Of a DNA stretch of 64,000 nt, positions 50,075 to 60,000 are shown one piece after another. The position numbers were made by a program, and so were the translations under genes. The notes below the pieces were generated by a model, which did no database searches, was not told where the DNA came from, and saw only the letters and a program-made list of their open reading frames with translations. Position 1 is the first letter of the stretch. Every line of letters begins with the position of its first letter. The DNA is from Candidatus Krumholzibacteriia bacterium (lineage in GTDB: Bacteria > Krumholzibacteriota > Krumholzibacteriia > JAJRXK01), in assembly GCA_041484665.1 (NCBI GenBank), contig JBGPIA010000014.1, forward strand, positions 32,001 to 96,000, in the 5' to 3' direction.

Positions 50075-51336
50075 AGGCGCAGCTCCTCGATCTTGCGCAC
50101 GGCCTGCGCTTGCATCCAGGCCGGAGCCTGCTGTGGGCTCATGGCGCCGCCGAGCACCTGCTGGTAGGCGGTACGCATCACGTCCCAGATCACCCGCATC
50201 TCCGGCACGATGGGCATGGGCCGGCCGCGCCGCAGCTGCTCCCAGCTGGTGTGCAGCATCGCGTTGCCGGCGATGTCGGGCCAGGCGGCCACGTCGATGC
50301 GGCTGGGCAGAGCGCCGAGGCTGCGCGACACCTCGGCTACCTTGCGCGCCGAGGTCAGGAATGTCAGCAGCTCCAGCACCAGCGCGCGGCGCGCGGGCGG
50401 CACGTGCACGCTCATGGAGTAGCCCAGCGCCGCCGTCATGGGCGTGGGATAGAGGCCGCTCTGCGAGATGCGCGGCAGGACGGCCAGGCCGACGTCGATG
50501 CCCGCGTCGCGGTAGCTCTGCCACGACCACGGGCCATTGACCGCATAGGCAGCGGCGCCCTGCTTGAACAGGGTGTCCATGAGCGGGTAGTCGCAGTTGG
50601 GCGGGATGACGCCGCTCTGCGCGATCGACCGCATGAACTCCAGCGCTTGCGTTTGCGCGGGCGTGTCCAGCGTCGGTCGGCCCTGCTCGTCCATGACCCA
50701 CCCGCCGAAGCCCCCCAGCCACGGCACCAGCCAGAACGGCTCGGTGAGGTTCATCACGATGCCGTAACGATCGATGCGCCCGTCGCCGTCGAGGTCGCGC
50801 GTGAGCTCCTTCGCCTGGCGCAGCCAGAGGTCGGTGTCCGTGGCCGGCTCGTGCACCAGGGCCTTGTTGTAGACCAGCGTCAGGTGGTTGCCCACCTGGT
50901 CGGCCAGGGCGTAGACGTGTCCCGAAAGGCCCGGCCGCGCGGCCTCTACGAACAGCTTAAGCGTGTCGGGATCGACCAGGCCCTCCAGCGGCAAAATGAG
51001 GCCCATGATGCTGAAGGGCCCCACCTGATCCGAGGGGCCGTACACGAGGTCGGGGCCCGCTCCGGCGAGGCCCGCCGTCTGGAATTGCGTGCGCAGCTTG
51101 TCGGTCTCGAAGTGGTTGGTCTCGACGGTGACGCCCGGGTGCAGGCGCTCGAACTCCGTGAGCTGGCGCGCGAGCACGGCCTGCTGCGCGGGATCCATCT
51201 GCTCCCAGAGACTGAGGCGGGTGGCGGCATCGGGCCGGGGAGCGCAAGCGACCGCGCACAGGACCAATCCCGCAACGGCCGCCGCCGCCAGCAGCGCGGC
51301 CGGGTTCCGCTGTGGGAAGCCACCCGGCCGGGTCAT
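50071..51336 (-). CDS. Maltodextrin-type ABC substrate-binding lipoprotein (MalE-like)
   Basis: Lipobox AVAC; GPDL..GPSDQVG, LVYNK, NGPW, PMPIVPEMRVIW. Confidence 0.9.
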   Translation of the reverse strand: MTRPGGFPQRNPAALLAAAAVAGLVLCAVACAPRPDAATRLSLWEQMDPAQQAVLARQLTEFERLHPGVTVETNHFETDKLRTQFQTAGLAGAGPDLVYGPSDQVGPFSIMGLILPLEGLVDPDTLKLFVEAARPGLSGHVYALADQVGNHLTLVYNKALVHEPATDTDLWLRQAKELTRDLDGDGRIDRYGIVMNLTEPFWLVPWLGGFGGWVMDEQGRPTLDTPAQTQALEFMRSIAQSGVIPPNCDYPLMDTLFKQGAAAYAVNGPWSWQSYRDAGIDVGLAVLPRISQSGLYPTPMTAALGYSMSVHVPPARRALVLELLTFLTSARKVAEVSRSLGALPSRIDVAAWPDIAGNAMLHTSWEQLRRGRPMPIVPEMRVIWDVMRTAYQQVLGGAMSPQQAPAWMQAQAVRKIEELRL

Positions 51337-52082
51337 TGGCTCACATGGACGATGGAGTTCGTTCCACCTTGCCCGTCGTCGGCGCTTTCGGGGTTGTCCG
51401 GGTCGGTGAGCCAGACATCATCGACCACGAATTTGTACCCGTAGTCGCCCGCCGACAGCGAGACCGTGGCGCGCCAGACTCCCAAGGCGTCCAGCGTCAT
51501 GGCCTGCGCTTTGGGATCCCAGAGGGCGAAGTCGCCAGTGACGTAGACCTGCTTGGCTTGCGCGTGTCCGCCCAGCGTGAACTCGTGGGGGATGGTACGC
51601 TGGCTGCGTGATCCGGTGTCCAGCGAGCGGGAGATGTAGCTCTCCGAGTACGCGTACTTGACGTTGGAAGGCACCACGAGCACCGAGTTGAGCCCACCGA
51701 AATGGTCGTCGGTGGTCTCGGGGTTCCCCGGATCGTGCTGCCAATCCACCTGGTCGACCACAAACTTGTACTGATAGCGCCCCGGTGGCAGCGGCAAGGT
51801 GATCTCCCAGATGCCGTCGCCGTCGAGGTCCTTCATTCCGTCGATGTTGGGGTCGAGGCGGCCTCCGTTGGCGGTGCCCAGCCAGTTGTTGAACTCGCCG
51901 GCGAGGTTGATCTGGCGTGCGGCGGGGGCCTTGTAGCGGAACCGCATCCCGTTGCGGGTGGGCTCCGGCGGCGGCAGGCGGTCCTCGATGAACCCGAGGA
52001 GCGAGCAGCCCCCCAGCAGCAGCAGGCCCGCCAGCGAGAGCGCGCAAGCGAATCGCCGGCCTTGGACGTCGCCGCGTCTCAG
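51333..52082 (-). CDS. Lipoprotein with two CBM48/AMPK-type glycogen-binding domains
   Basis: Lipobox LGGC; LAGEFNNW..GIW..LPPGRYQYKFVVD..DP.N and VTGDFALW..YGYKFVVD..DPDNP; start uncertain (CTG at 52082 proposed). Confidence 0.85.
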   Translation of the reverse strand: MRRGDVQGRRFACALSLAGLLLLGGCSLLGFIEDRLPPPEPTRNGMRFRYKAPAARQINLAGEFNNWLGTANGGRLDPNIDGMKDLDGDGIWEITLPLPPGRYQYKFVVDQVDWQHDPGNPETTDDHFGGLNSVLVVPSNVKYAYSESYISRSLDTGSRSQRTIPHEFTLGGHAQAKQVYVTGDFALWDPKAQAMTLDALGVWRATVSLSAGDYGYKFVVDDVWLTDPDNPESADDGQGGTNSIVHVSQ

Positions 52083-54364
52083 AACGTCACCACCGCGTTG
52101 AAGACCACCTGGCGGCGGTCCGTGAGCGCCTGCTCTGCCCTCAGCACGTTGACCGGGTTGTAGGGGTCCAACCGCAGATCGAACAGATAGCCGTCGCGGA
52201 ACTGCTGGCGCCCGTTCGGCCAACCCTCGGGCGAGATGACCTTGTAGAAGGTCGGGTCCACGCCGTAGCCCACGTGCAGCTGCACGGCGTTGGCCGGCCG
52301 GTAGACGAATGCCGCAAAGGCCGAGAAGAAGTTCCGGTCCAGATCCAGCACCTGGCCGTTGGCGTCCAAAAGGTCGCCTTTGCCAGCGTATCGGATGTAG
52401 CGCAGATCGAACCGCAACGCCAGGTCCTTACCCCGCAGGCGTCCGCCGGTGGGGACCAGCCCACTCAGGGTCCACTCCGTGCTGTTGAGCCGCAGCAGCT
52501 CACCGTTGCCCTGGCCCGGCACGGGCGAGACCACGGCTGCCGCGCCCGTCGTGGTGAACTGCAGCGGGTCAGCAGTGCGCAGGAACTGCGACTCCAGCGT
52601 GATGTGCTGGTCGGCAGCGGCGAATGGCCGCCAGTGCAGCTGGGGGCTGGTTCGCCAGGTCCAGCGATCCAACGTAGCGGGGCCGCTGCCGAGCAGGCTC
52701 GTGTAGTCGAGGTTTTCGCGGTCGCGCTCGTAGCCCAGCAGTGCCTCCCACTGCCCCACCCGGTACGCGAGGTCCAGCCGCGAAACGTGCTCTTGACGCT
52801 GCGGGCGGGGACCCAACCTCAAGATATCCAGGGCGTCCGTGCCGTTGACATCCTGGTAGCTGGTCACCGCGGCCGCGTCGACGTAGTAGTCGCGGTCGGA
52901 CAGCATGCTGCCGGGGACGGTGCGATACACGACGAAATTCTCACCGGCATCCATCCCCTGGTTCCAGCGGACCTCGTGGCTCACAACGGTCGTCAGGCCC
53001 TTCCACTCGTGGTCGAGCAGGAGCTTGCCGCGGTAGCCGCGCTCGTTGCCGATGGGGATGTCGACCTTACCGTTGACGAAGCCGTTGCCTTGGACCTTCT
53101 CCCGATTGCCCAGGTCCCAGCGCGCCGCATACCAGACGTAGCCGAGCGCGGCTCGAGCGTTCAGATGCGCAATGCGTGGAACCGGACTGGTCACATCCAC
53201 GGCGACAGTGTGGCGGTCGTTGGCCAGCTCGAAGTTGTCGGATTTGTCTTGGTCCCGGCGCTGGCTCGCGGCCCGGAAGGCCACCAGATCCGCTGGATAC
53301 GAGTTCACCGAGCTGGTGAAGTTCACCCACCAGTCGCTGAACTCCCCCCGGTAGGTGAGGCCAACCGCGCGCGCGCCCAGCGGGCGTGTCCAGCGCAGCC
53401 CGACCACGTCGGTGCCGGTGTTTTGATTGAGTCCCTCCTTGCGCGGCACGAGCACCGTCGGAGCGCTGGGATTGAAGATGTCCTCGTCATAGGTGTCGGC
53501 GTACAGCAGCGCCAGGTTGCTCCCCCAGGGCGTGGCGCGCAGGACGACCCCCTGCGTCCCCTGACCGAACGGCCGCTGCTCGCGCCCGATGGTCCCGCGC
53601 AGGTCCTGGTGGCCCAGCAGCTCGAAGGGGTCCCCGCTGTCGAACGCCTCCTCGTTGTAGAAGGCCTGCGCCTGGAAGTGGTCGTCGATGAAGTTGCTCT
53701 GGGCCTTGTACAGGTCGGTGGCCAGCTCGTTGGCGCCCCCCTCGCCGGTCTTCAACTGCAAGCGCACGGTCCCCCACAACCTGGGGCTGAGGTTCGCCGT
53801 GACGTCGAGGTTGAACTGGTCGTCGGGGCGCTCCAGCCGCAGGCGCGCGTCACCGTTGTCGTCGCTGGTGCTCTGCATCAGCATGCGAAAGAAGCCGCCC
53901 AGGTAAACGCGGTTGTGCAGCGGCGTGTTCGAGACCACCGGCGTGCCCGATGGGATCGCCGGCACTGCAGCCGCCGACCCTTCCCGCGCGAGCTTGAGAT
54001 CGGCGCCGACTTTGACCAACGAGTTGCCGTACTCACCACCGGTCAGCGGGTTGTCGGGGTCGGCCACCCAGGTACCGCCGTTGACGACGAACTTGTATTC
54101 GTAGCTACCGGCCGCGAGCTTGACCACGACCGTCCAGGTCCCGTCGCCGTCCTGGTCGGACATGGATGAGGCGGTGGTGTTCCAGTCGTTGAAGCTGCCT
54201 GCCAGGCTCACCGACGTGGCTCCCGGATCCGTATAGCTGAAGAGGACTCCGCCCTCGCCGTCGGCCACCGCCGCGCGGGCGGCCGGCGCGCACGGAAGCA
54301 GCAGGGGCAGCGCCAGCAGCAGCGACAAGGTCTGCGTCCAGCGAATCCGGCGCGTGACGATCAT
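52079..54364 (-). CDS. Putative outer-membrane beta-barrel with N-terminal CBM48/AMPK-type glycogen-binding domain
   Basis: Signal peptide; SLAGSFNDW..GTW..YEYKFVVNG..DPDNP; amphipathic beta-strands; C-terminal VVFNAVVTF. Confidence 0.75.
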   Translation of the reverse strand: MIVTRRIRWTQTLSLLLALPLLLPCAPAARAAVADGEGGVLFSYTDPGATSVSLAGSFNDWNTTASSMSDQDGDGTWTVVVKLAAGSYEYKFVVNGGTWVADPDNPLTGGEYGNSLVKVGADLKLAREGSAAAVPAIPSGTPVVSNTPLHNRVYLGGFFRMLMQSTSDDNGDARLRLERPDDQFNLDVTANLSPRLWGTVRLQLKTGEGGANELATDLYKAQSNFIDDHFQAQAFYNEEAFDSGDPFELLGHQDLRGTIGREQRPFGQGTQGVVLRATPWGSNLALLYADTYDEDIFNPSAPTVLVPRKEGLNQNTGTDVVGLRWTRPLGARAVGLTYRGEFSDWWVNFTSSVNSYPADLVAFRAASQRRDQDKSDNFELANDRHTVAVDVTSPVPRIAHLNARAALGYVWYAARWDLGNREKVQGNGFVNGKVDIPIGNERGYRGKLLLDHEWKGLTTVVSHEVRWNQGMDAGENFVVYRTVPGSMLSDRDYYVDAAAVTSYQDVNGTDALDILRLGPRPQRQEHVSRLDLAYRVGQWEALLGYERDRENLDYTSLLGSGPATLDRWTWRTSPQLHWRPFAAADQHITLESQFLRTADPLQFTTTGAAAVVSPVPGQGNGELLRLNSTEWTLSGLVPTGGRLRGKDLALRFDLRYIRYAGKGDLLDANGQVLDLDRNFFSAFAAFVYRPANAVQLHVGYGVDPTFYKVISPEGWPNGRQQFRDGYLFDLRLDPYNPVNVLRAEQALTDRRQVVFNAVVTF

Positions 54365-54380
54365 CTCCTCTGCTCCTTCC

Positions 54381-56018
54381 CTAGAACCACATCTTCATGA
54401 AAAGCTGGACGCGACGCTCCGAGTTCTGGTCGACGGCGCTGGGGTCTTCGCTGATGAACGAGTCGTTCTCCGTGAGCCGGTCGGACCGGCCGCCGTCGCC
54501 GTACTCCAGGAAGAACTCGGCGTTGGCCCAGGCCTCGTAGCGCGTCTGCACGAAGATCGTGCGCCGCGACTCGGTGTTCTCATCGGCGTTGAGAAAGCGC
54601 GTGAAGAATTTCCAGCGCGAGGTAACGTTGAGATTGATGTCCGTGCCAAAGCCGCGGACCGCCCGCGGAGTCCCGAGGTCGCGGACGCGGACCTGTGGCC
54701 GGACCGAGATCAGCTTGTTCTGGGCCCGCAGCTCGAAGATCAGGTTCTTGAAGACACTGCCGGCGCCGGCCACCTCGTTGCCCTCGAAGCGGCGCCACTT
54801 CACCCAGCCCGAGAAGCCTCCCTTGATCTCCGCATAGACTTCCAGCTCGTGCTGGTTCTGGTCGAAGCGCTGGCCGTCCGCGCCGATCTCCCGCAGGGCC
54901 CGGGTGCGCCAGTGGGCGTAGCGCAGGTTCAACTGCTTACGGGGCACGCGCCACCAGCTCTCCAGCCAATAGCCGCGCCGGTCGTCATCCCCCTGCTTGC
55001 TGCTCATTCCGGTATAGAAGGAGGGCTCGCGGTACCAGAGCTGCCCCTTGAGCGTCAGGTCGCGGAATCGCACGTCGCGCAGCTCCATCTGGATCCCGTT
55101 ACGCAGCTTGTCCTGATCGCTGAGCCAGCCGGAGAAGTTGCGCCCCGCCTCCAGCACCAGGGTCGTCCGACCAAACCGCTGCAACGGCGCGATCAACTCG
55201 CCCAGGGCCACCTCGGCGTCCAGTGCGGCAGTCAGGTCGAAGTTTTCGGGGCGGCTGCCGTAGTCCTTGCGGCCGAAGGTTCCCCCCAGGGAGATGCGGT
55301 CCTGGCGCAGACTCATGTGGGCGCGCCCGGCCTCGAAGTCATCGCCGCTGGTGGCCTTGTCGCCATAGTAGAGGAGTCCGCCGAAGCCCTGCACGTCGTG
55401 GAAGTCGAGGCGCGCTCCCTGGGCGCGCGGACCGAAGGAGTCGTCCTGCAGGGTGTTGCCGTCGACGATCTGCAGCAGCGGCTGGCTGAACCAGAACCGG
55501 TTCTGCGAGCTGAATGCCACCAGCTCGGCCTTGGGTCGGGTCAGGCGCACATGCCCTTGTTTGAAGAAGACCTTGGGGTCGTGTACCGAGATGGCGTCGA
55601 GCTGCGTCTGGGTCGCGGGGTCGATGCCGGGGCTGATGCTGCGGAAACGGTTGGAGGACGCGCTGATTTCCACGAAGCCCTCGGCGCTGGGCCACGGCGC
55701 CGCGAGCGCCCGCAGCTCGAGGTAGTGATTGGGCATGTCCAGCTGCCAGGTCGCGTCCTCACGGGTGCCGCGCAGAAACGCCTCGTAGTAGGCGTGCAGC
55801 TGGGTGTCGGCGCGCGCCGCCCTCGGCAGGGACGCCAGCGCTACCGTGAGCAGGGCACTCAGGAGCCACGCTGCCGGCCAGGCAAGATCACGCGCGGAAA
55901 CCGGGCAACCCATCGGGGCACATCCGGCGAGGGAGGCCGGGCAGCCCGCCTTGGCCCGCCGGGTGCGCAGAGCCGGGCAGCGCAGGGGTGCGCGTCGCGT
56001 GCGCGTGCGTGTGGCCAT
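54381..56018 (-). CDS. Putative outer-membrane beta-barrel protein
   Basis: Signal peptide ending ARA-D; alternating aromatic/hydrophobic strands; C-terminal VQLFMKMWF; alternative start 55913. Confidence 0.7.
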   Translation of the reverse strand: MATRTRTRRAPLRCPALRTRRAKAGCPASLAGCAPMGCPVSARDLAWPAAWLLSALLTVALASLPRAARADTQLHAYYEAFLRGTREDATWQLDMPNHYLELRALAAPWPSAEGFVEISASSNRFRSISPGIDPATQTQLDAISVHDPKVFFKQGHVRLTRPKAELVAFSSQNRFWFSQPLLQIVDGNTLQDDSFGPRAQGARLDFHDVQGFGGLLYYGDKATSGDDFEAGRAHMSLRQDRISLGGTFGRKDYGSRPENFDLTAALDAEVALGELIAPLQRFGRTTLVLEAGRNFSGWLSDQDKLRNGIQMELRDVRFRDLTLKGQLWYREPSFYTGMSSKQGDDDRRGYWLESWWRVPRKQLNLRYAHWRTRALREIGADGQRFDQNQHELEVYAEIKGGFSGWVKWRRFEGNEVAGAGSVFKNLIFELRAQNKLISVRPQVRVRDLGTPRAVRGFGTDINLNVTSRWKFFTRFLNADENTESRRTIFVQTRYEAWANAEFFLEYGDGGRSDRLTENDSFISEDPSAVDQNSERRVQLFMKMWF

Positions 56019-56022
56019 GACC

Positions 56023-57039
56023 TCAGAATCCGATCGTGATGGTGGCGCGGTAGGTATTACCCAGCCGCTCGTGCGTCATCAGCCCCACGTCGGTGCGCAC
56101 CTTCTTCACCAGCAATCCCGCTCCCGCGGTGAGAGCGCCGTCATCGACCCCGGCGCGAACGGCCACCACGTTGTTGAACCACGACTCGGCGCCGACGTGA
56201 AGCGTCCACGCCTGGTCCACGTACTCGGGGATGTCGTTGTGGCGCAGCTCACCGCTGATACGCACCACCTTCTGCAGCAGGTAGGTAGCGCCCAGGCGGC
56301 GGCGGCCGCCGATCTGGGTCGCGCGCGCCGTGGTGGAGATCAGGCGGATTTCCGGCCGCACCAGATTCTCGGCGCTCGCGCCCAGGTCGAAGTTGTCCAG
56401 CACGTGCACGACGACGCCCGTGCTGAACGACAGCTTCCACTGCGCGCCGAGGTAGTTGGGATCGTTGAGCGCCTCGTATCCGGGGGCGGCCACCCCGTAG
56501 AACAGCACGGATCCGCCCACCACCAGTCGCCCGCGCAGCAGCGCAAGCGCCGCTGCCGCGGTGAGCAGGTCCTCGTGATAGACATCCTTCAGTCCTGTGC
56601 GCGACCAGCCCGCCCCCACCGCCAACCCCTTGCGCGCCTGGAACGTCGCGCCCAGGAAGTCCTCGCTCAGCCCGTCGACGCCGTCGTAGACGGAGGTGCG
56701 CATGCCCGAAAGCTGCACGCGCTGCGGGGCGATGATCGCCGCCGGGTTCCAGAAGAGGCTGGCCGGATCGCCCGTCACCGCCACGAACGCTCCGCCCATG
56801 GACAGGGCGCGCGCGCCGACTTGCGGGTCGACGAAATCGGCCTGCGCGATGCCGGCGGCGCCACACAGCGCCACCGCCAGCGCCGCGGCCAGCGCCGGCG
56901 CCAGCGCCGTTGCCACCTCCGACGCCACCGCCTGCGCCAGCGCCGCAGTCCGCCCCGCCGCCTGCGCGGCGATGCCCGTGCAAGGCGCCCGTCTCCTCGC
57001 CGTCCTGAAGGGCCGCCAAGCCTGGGCTGCGCGCCTCAC
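56023..57039 (-). CDS. PorV/PorQ/UPF0164-like (FadL-fold) outer-membrane protein
   Basis: GARALSMGGAFVAV..DPASLFWNPAA hallmark; terminal YRATITIGF. Confidence 0.82.
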   Translation of the reverse strand: MRRAAQAWRPFRTARRRAPCTGIAAQAAGRTAALAQAVASEVATALAPALAAALAVALCGAAGIAQADFVDPQVGARALSMGGAFVAVTGDPASLFWNPAAIIAPQRVQLSGMRTSVYDGVDGLSEDFLGATFQARKGLAVGAGWSRTGLKDVYHEDLLTAAAALALLRGRLVVGGSVLFYGVAAPGYEALNDPNYLGAQWKLSFSTGVVVHVLDNFDLGASAENLVRPEIRLISTTARATQIGGRRRLGATYLLQKVVRISGELRHNDIPEYVDQAWTLHVGAESWFNNVVAVRAGVDDGALTAGAGLLVKKVRTDVGLMTHERLGNTYRATITIGF

Positions 57040-60000
57040 CGCACCACCGCCACGGCCTTCGATTGACGCTCCCAGCGGTCGATCTGTGACCCACGCACCT
57101 GAACGCGAACGATGTAGATGCCGGTGGGCACCTCATGGCCGAGCTCGTCCTTGCCGTCCCACTGCAGTCCCAGCGTGCGATTGGTGGTGGCTTCGCCCTG
57201 GAACAGCAGCAGCGTGCGCACGCGCGCGCCGCGCAGGTCGTAGACCTCCACGATCGCCTCCCGCGTCTCTTGGGGAAGCACGTAGCTGACGCTCAGCAGG
57301 TCGTGGAGGCCGTCGCCATTGGGCGAGAACGGGTTGGGCGAGAGCTGCAATCCCGTCACGATCGCGTCGGCGTCGACCTGCGAGCTCTTCGTAAACGTCC
57401 CGTACAGGCCCAGTTCACGCACGCGGGCCGTGACGGTGCTGCCCCCCCGCTCGCCGTGCCCGCCGGCGAGCACCCAGCGCCCGGCGCGCTCGGTCCAATG
57501 GAACAGTTGCAGGTCCGCGGGCGGGTCGCCGCCCGCGTCGTAGCGCGGAAAGTGCAACGAGAGCTCTGCTACCTGGGGCAGCACGCTGATCTCGGTCATG
57601 GTGCTGTCGCCAGCCACGGCACGCAGCGTCAAACGCCGTGCCGTGCCCAGGAAGCGGTTGCCCGCCGTCAGGACCGTCTCGTTGTTGTCGCCGCGCGGCG
57701 TGAGGTCGAGGGTACCGTGCGCCGCCGCCTCGTAGGTCAGCTCCAGACGCCCCCCATTGCCAGCGGGCAGCACGCCACGCAGGATTGCGGCGTCCACCCG
57801 CAGGCGCGATCCCTCGGGGAGATCGAGGGAGTAGGTGTCGACGCCCTGCAGCAGCGCGCGATCGATGGGATAGGTGAGCGAGTCCACGGGTTGGACCGGA
57901 AGCTCGAGCAGGAACTCCTGGCGCGCCGCGGGGTCCGTGCGGTTTCCCACGAGGTCCTGGGCGTCGAAGCTCACCACGAGGTAGCGCACGCTCTGCGTCG
58001 ACCCGTCGGGCAGGGTGCGCTGCACGAGGTTGGTCACGCCCTGGCCGACGATATCGTCCCAGCGGATGTCGGCCACCCAGATCACGCCCTTCTCCAGGTC
58101 GCTGCGCAGATGCCCCAGCGGGACGGTCCGCTCGTTGCCGCGCGATTCGCCCAGGCCGCGCCACAGCAGGTTCGCCCAGTCCACGCCGGTCTCGTCCTCC
58201 ACCGTGGCCAGCACCGCGATGGGCCCGTCGCGCAGGATCGGCCAGCTGGTCAGGGCGCGCCCCACCGAGCGCAGGAAGGTCACCTTGGGCGGAGCGGTGT
58301 CGATGAGTTGCTGCGCCTCCAGGCGTACGGCCACCTGCCCGTCCTGAAAGCGCCGCTGAGCATCCGCCGTGAGGAAGTCCAGCTGCTCCTGCTGCGCGCG
58401 CCCCGGGTGCTTGCCGGTACCGGCGTGCGCGAGGACATCGACAATGTTCGGGTCGCGCTCGCGGCCGGAATCTCCGTTCTTGCCGCCGCCGAACTGCCAC
58501 TCGGCGATCCCTTCGTTGACCCAGCGCACGGCGCCCCAATTGTCGTCGTTGCTGTCGCCGTCGTGCCCGCTGAGGGTGACGATGGTATCCCACCGGCGCA
58601 CTGCGGCATTAACCGTGGCGCTGTCCGCGCTGGCAGACAGACCCAGCTTGTCTTTGCGGACGAAAATGTCGATCGTGTTCGCGTCGGAGCTGGCGCAGAA
58701 GAAGAGTGTCTCGTCGTTGCGGTCCACGACCCAGCTCCCCGACGACGATGAGCCGTTGCTGCTCACCAGCCCCTTCCACCAGCCGTCGGCCACCAGGGCA
58801 TACTCCCAGGCATCCTGCGGCGCCACGTCGGCCCAGCGGTTCTGCGGCAGCTTGGTCGAGCCGCCGTCCTTGCTGTCGACGAGCACGATGACGTTCTGGA
58901 GGTTGAGATCGACGCGCGAGCCCGCCGGGCAGTTGGCGTCGCGCGGATAGACGGCCTTCCAGTCCGCCGCGCCTGGCTCTGACGGATCGGTGAGGTCGCG
59001 CAGCGTGACGCGGAAGAGCAGGTCCTGATCCAGATCAAAGATCTCGAGTTTCTTCAGGTCGAACACGCCGTCGAAGAACACACCCGAGGTCGGGTATTGG
59101 TAGTAGAGGTACTGGCGGCCCTGCTGATCGGGCCCGTGGTCGTCGCGCAGCGAGTCCTGCACCGCCAGGATCGGAACGAGCTCCGGCTGGCCGGTGATGG
59201 TGAGCTTGGCGCGGGCGCGGGCTCGCGCCCCGCTGCTGAGCTCCAGCGCTGAGATCACCGCCTCTGGTTCCCCGGCGAAGGTGCTGCGCGATACCGACCA
59301 ACGCAGGCTGTACAGCCCGTCGCCCGCCGCTGCATCGCCCTCCAGCCCGTCGTCGCGCAACGGCACGACCTGCTCCCCACCCAGGGCGCTGAGGTCCGCG
59401 AAGACCTGAAAGCTGGGCGAGGGCGGCGGCTGGGCTCTGAACACGGGCCGCGCCGTGAGTAGTGCAGTCTCGCCTTGCGTCACCTGCGGCGGGGTGAAGC
59501 CCACATCATCCAGAGCCAGCGAGCTGATCGTCTCCACCAGCACTGTCCCGCCCCAGTTGTGCAGCGTGACCGATGCCGGCAGCTGCTGGCACCAGTCGAC
59601 CCCTGGCAGCAGCGGGACCATGTCGGCGGTGGCATCGTCGGGGCTGGAGTCCAGCGCCGGCCGCTTGCAGGTCTCCTCCTGCGTCACGTACACCTGCAAC
59701 CGCACGCTATCCTGGCCCACGACGAACGCCGACCCAAACAGCGATACCGGGACCCGGAAGGTGACGTCACGATCGGTCTTGCGGACCCAGCTCGCCTTGC
59801 GGGCGTCGACCCCGTCGGCAAAGGTCGTGACCCAGGTGCGCGTGCCGACGTCGTACCACTCCCAACCGTTGGGGTCGCCACCGGGCGGCGGCCGGCGGAA
59901 ATCGGCGTAGTTATCCGCCTGGTACTTATAGGTGAAGACGTAGTCGGGCAGCAGCGGGTGGGCGTAGCTCACCGGGAAGCCGAAATAGTCCGTCACCGCG

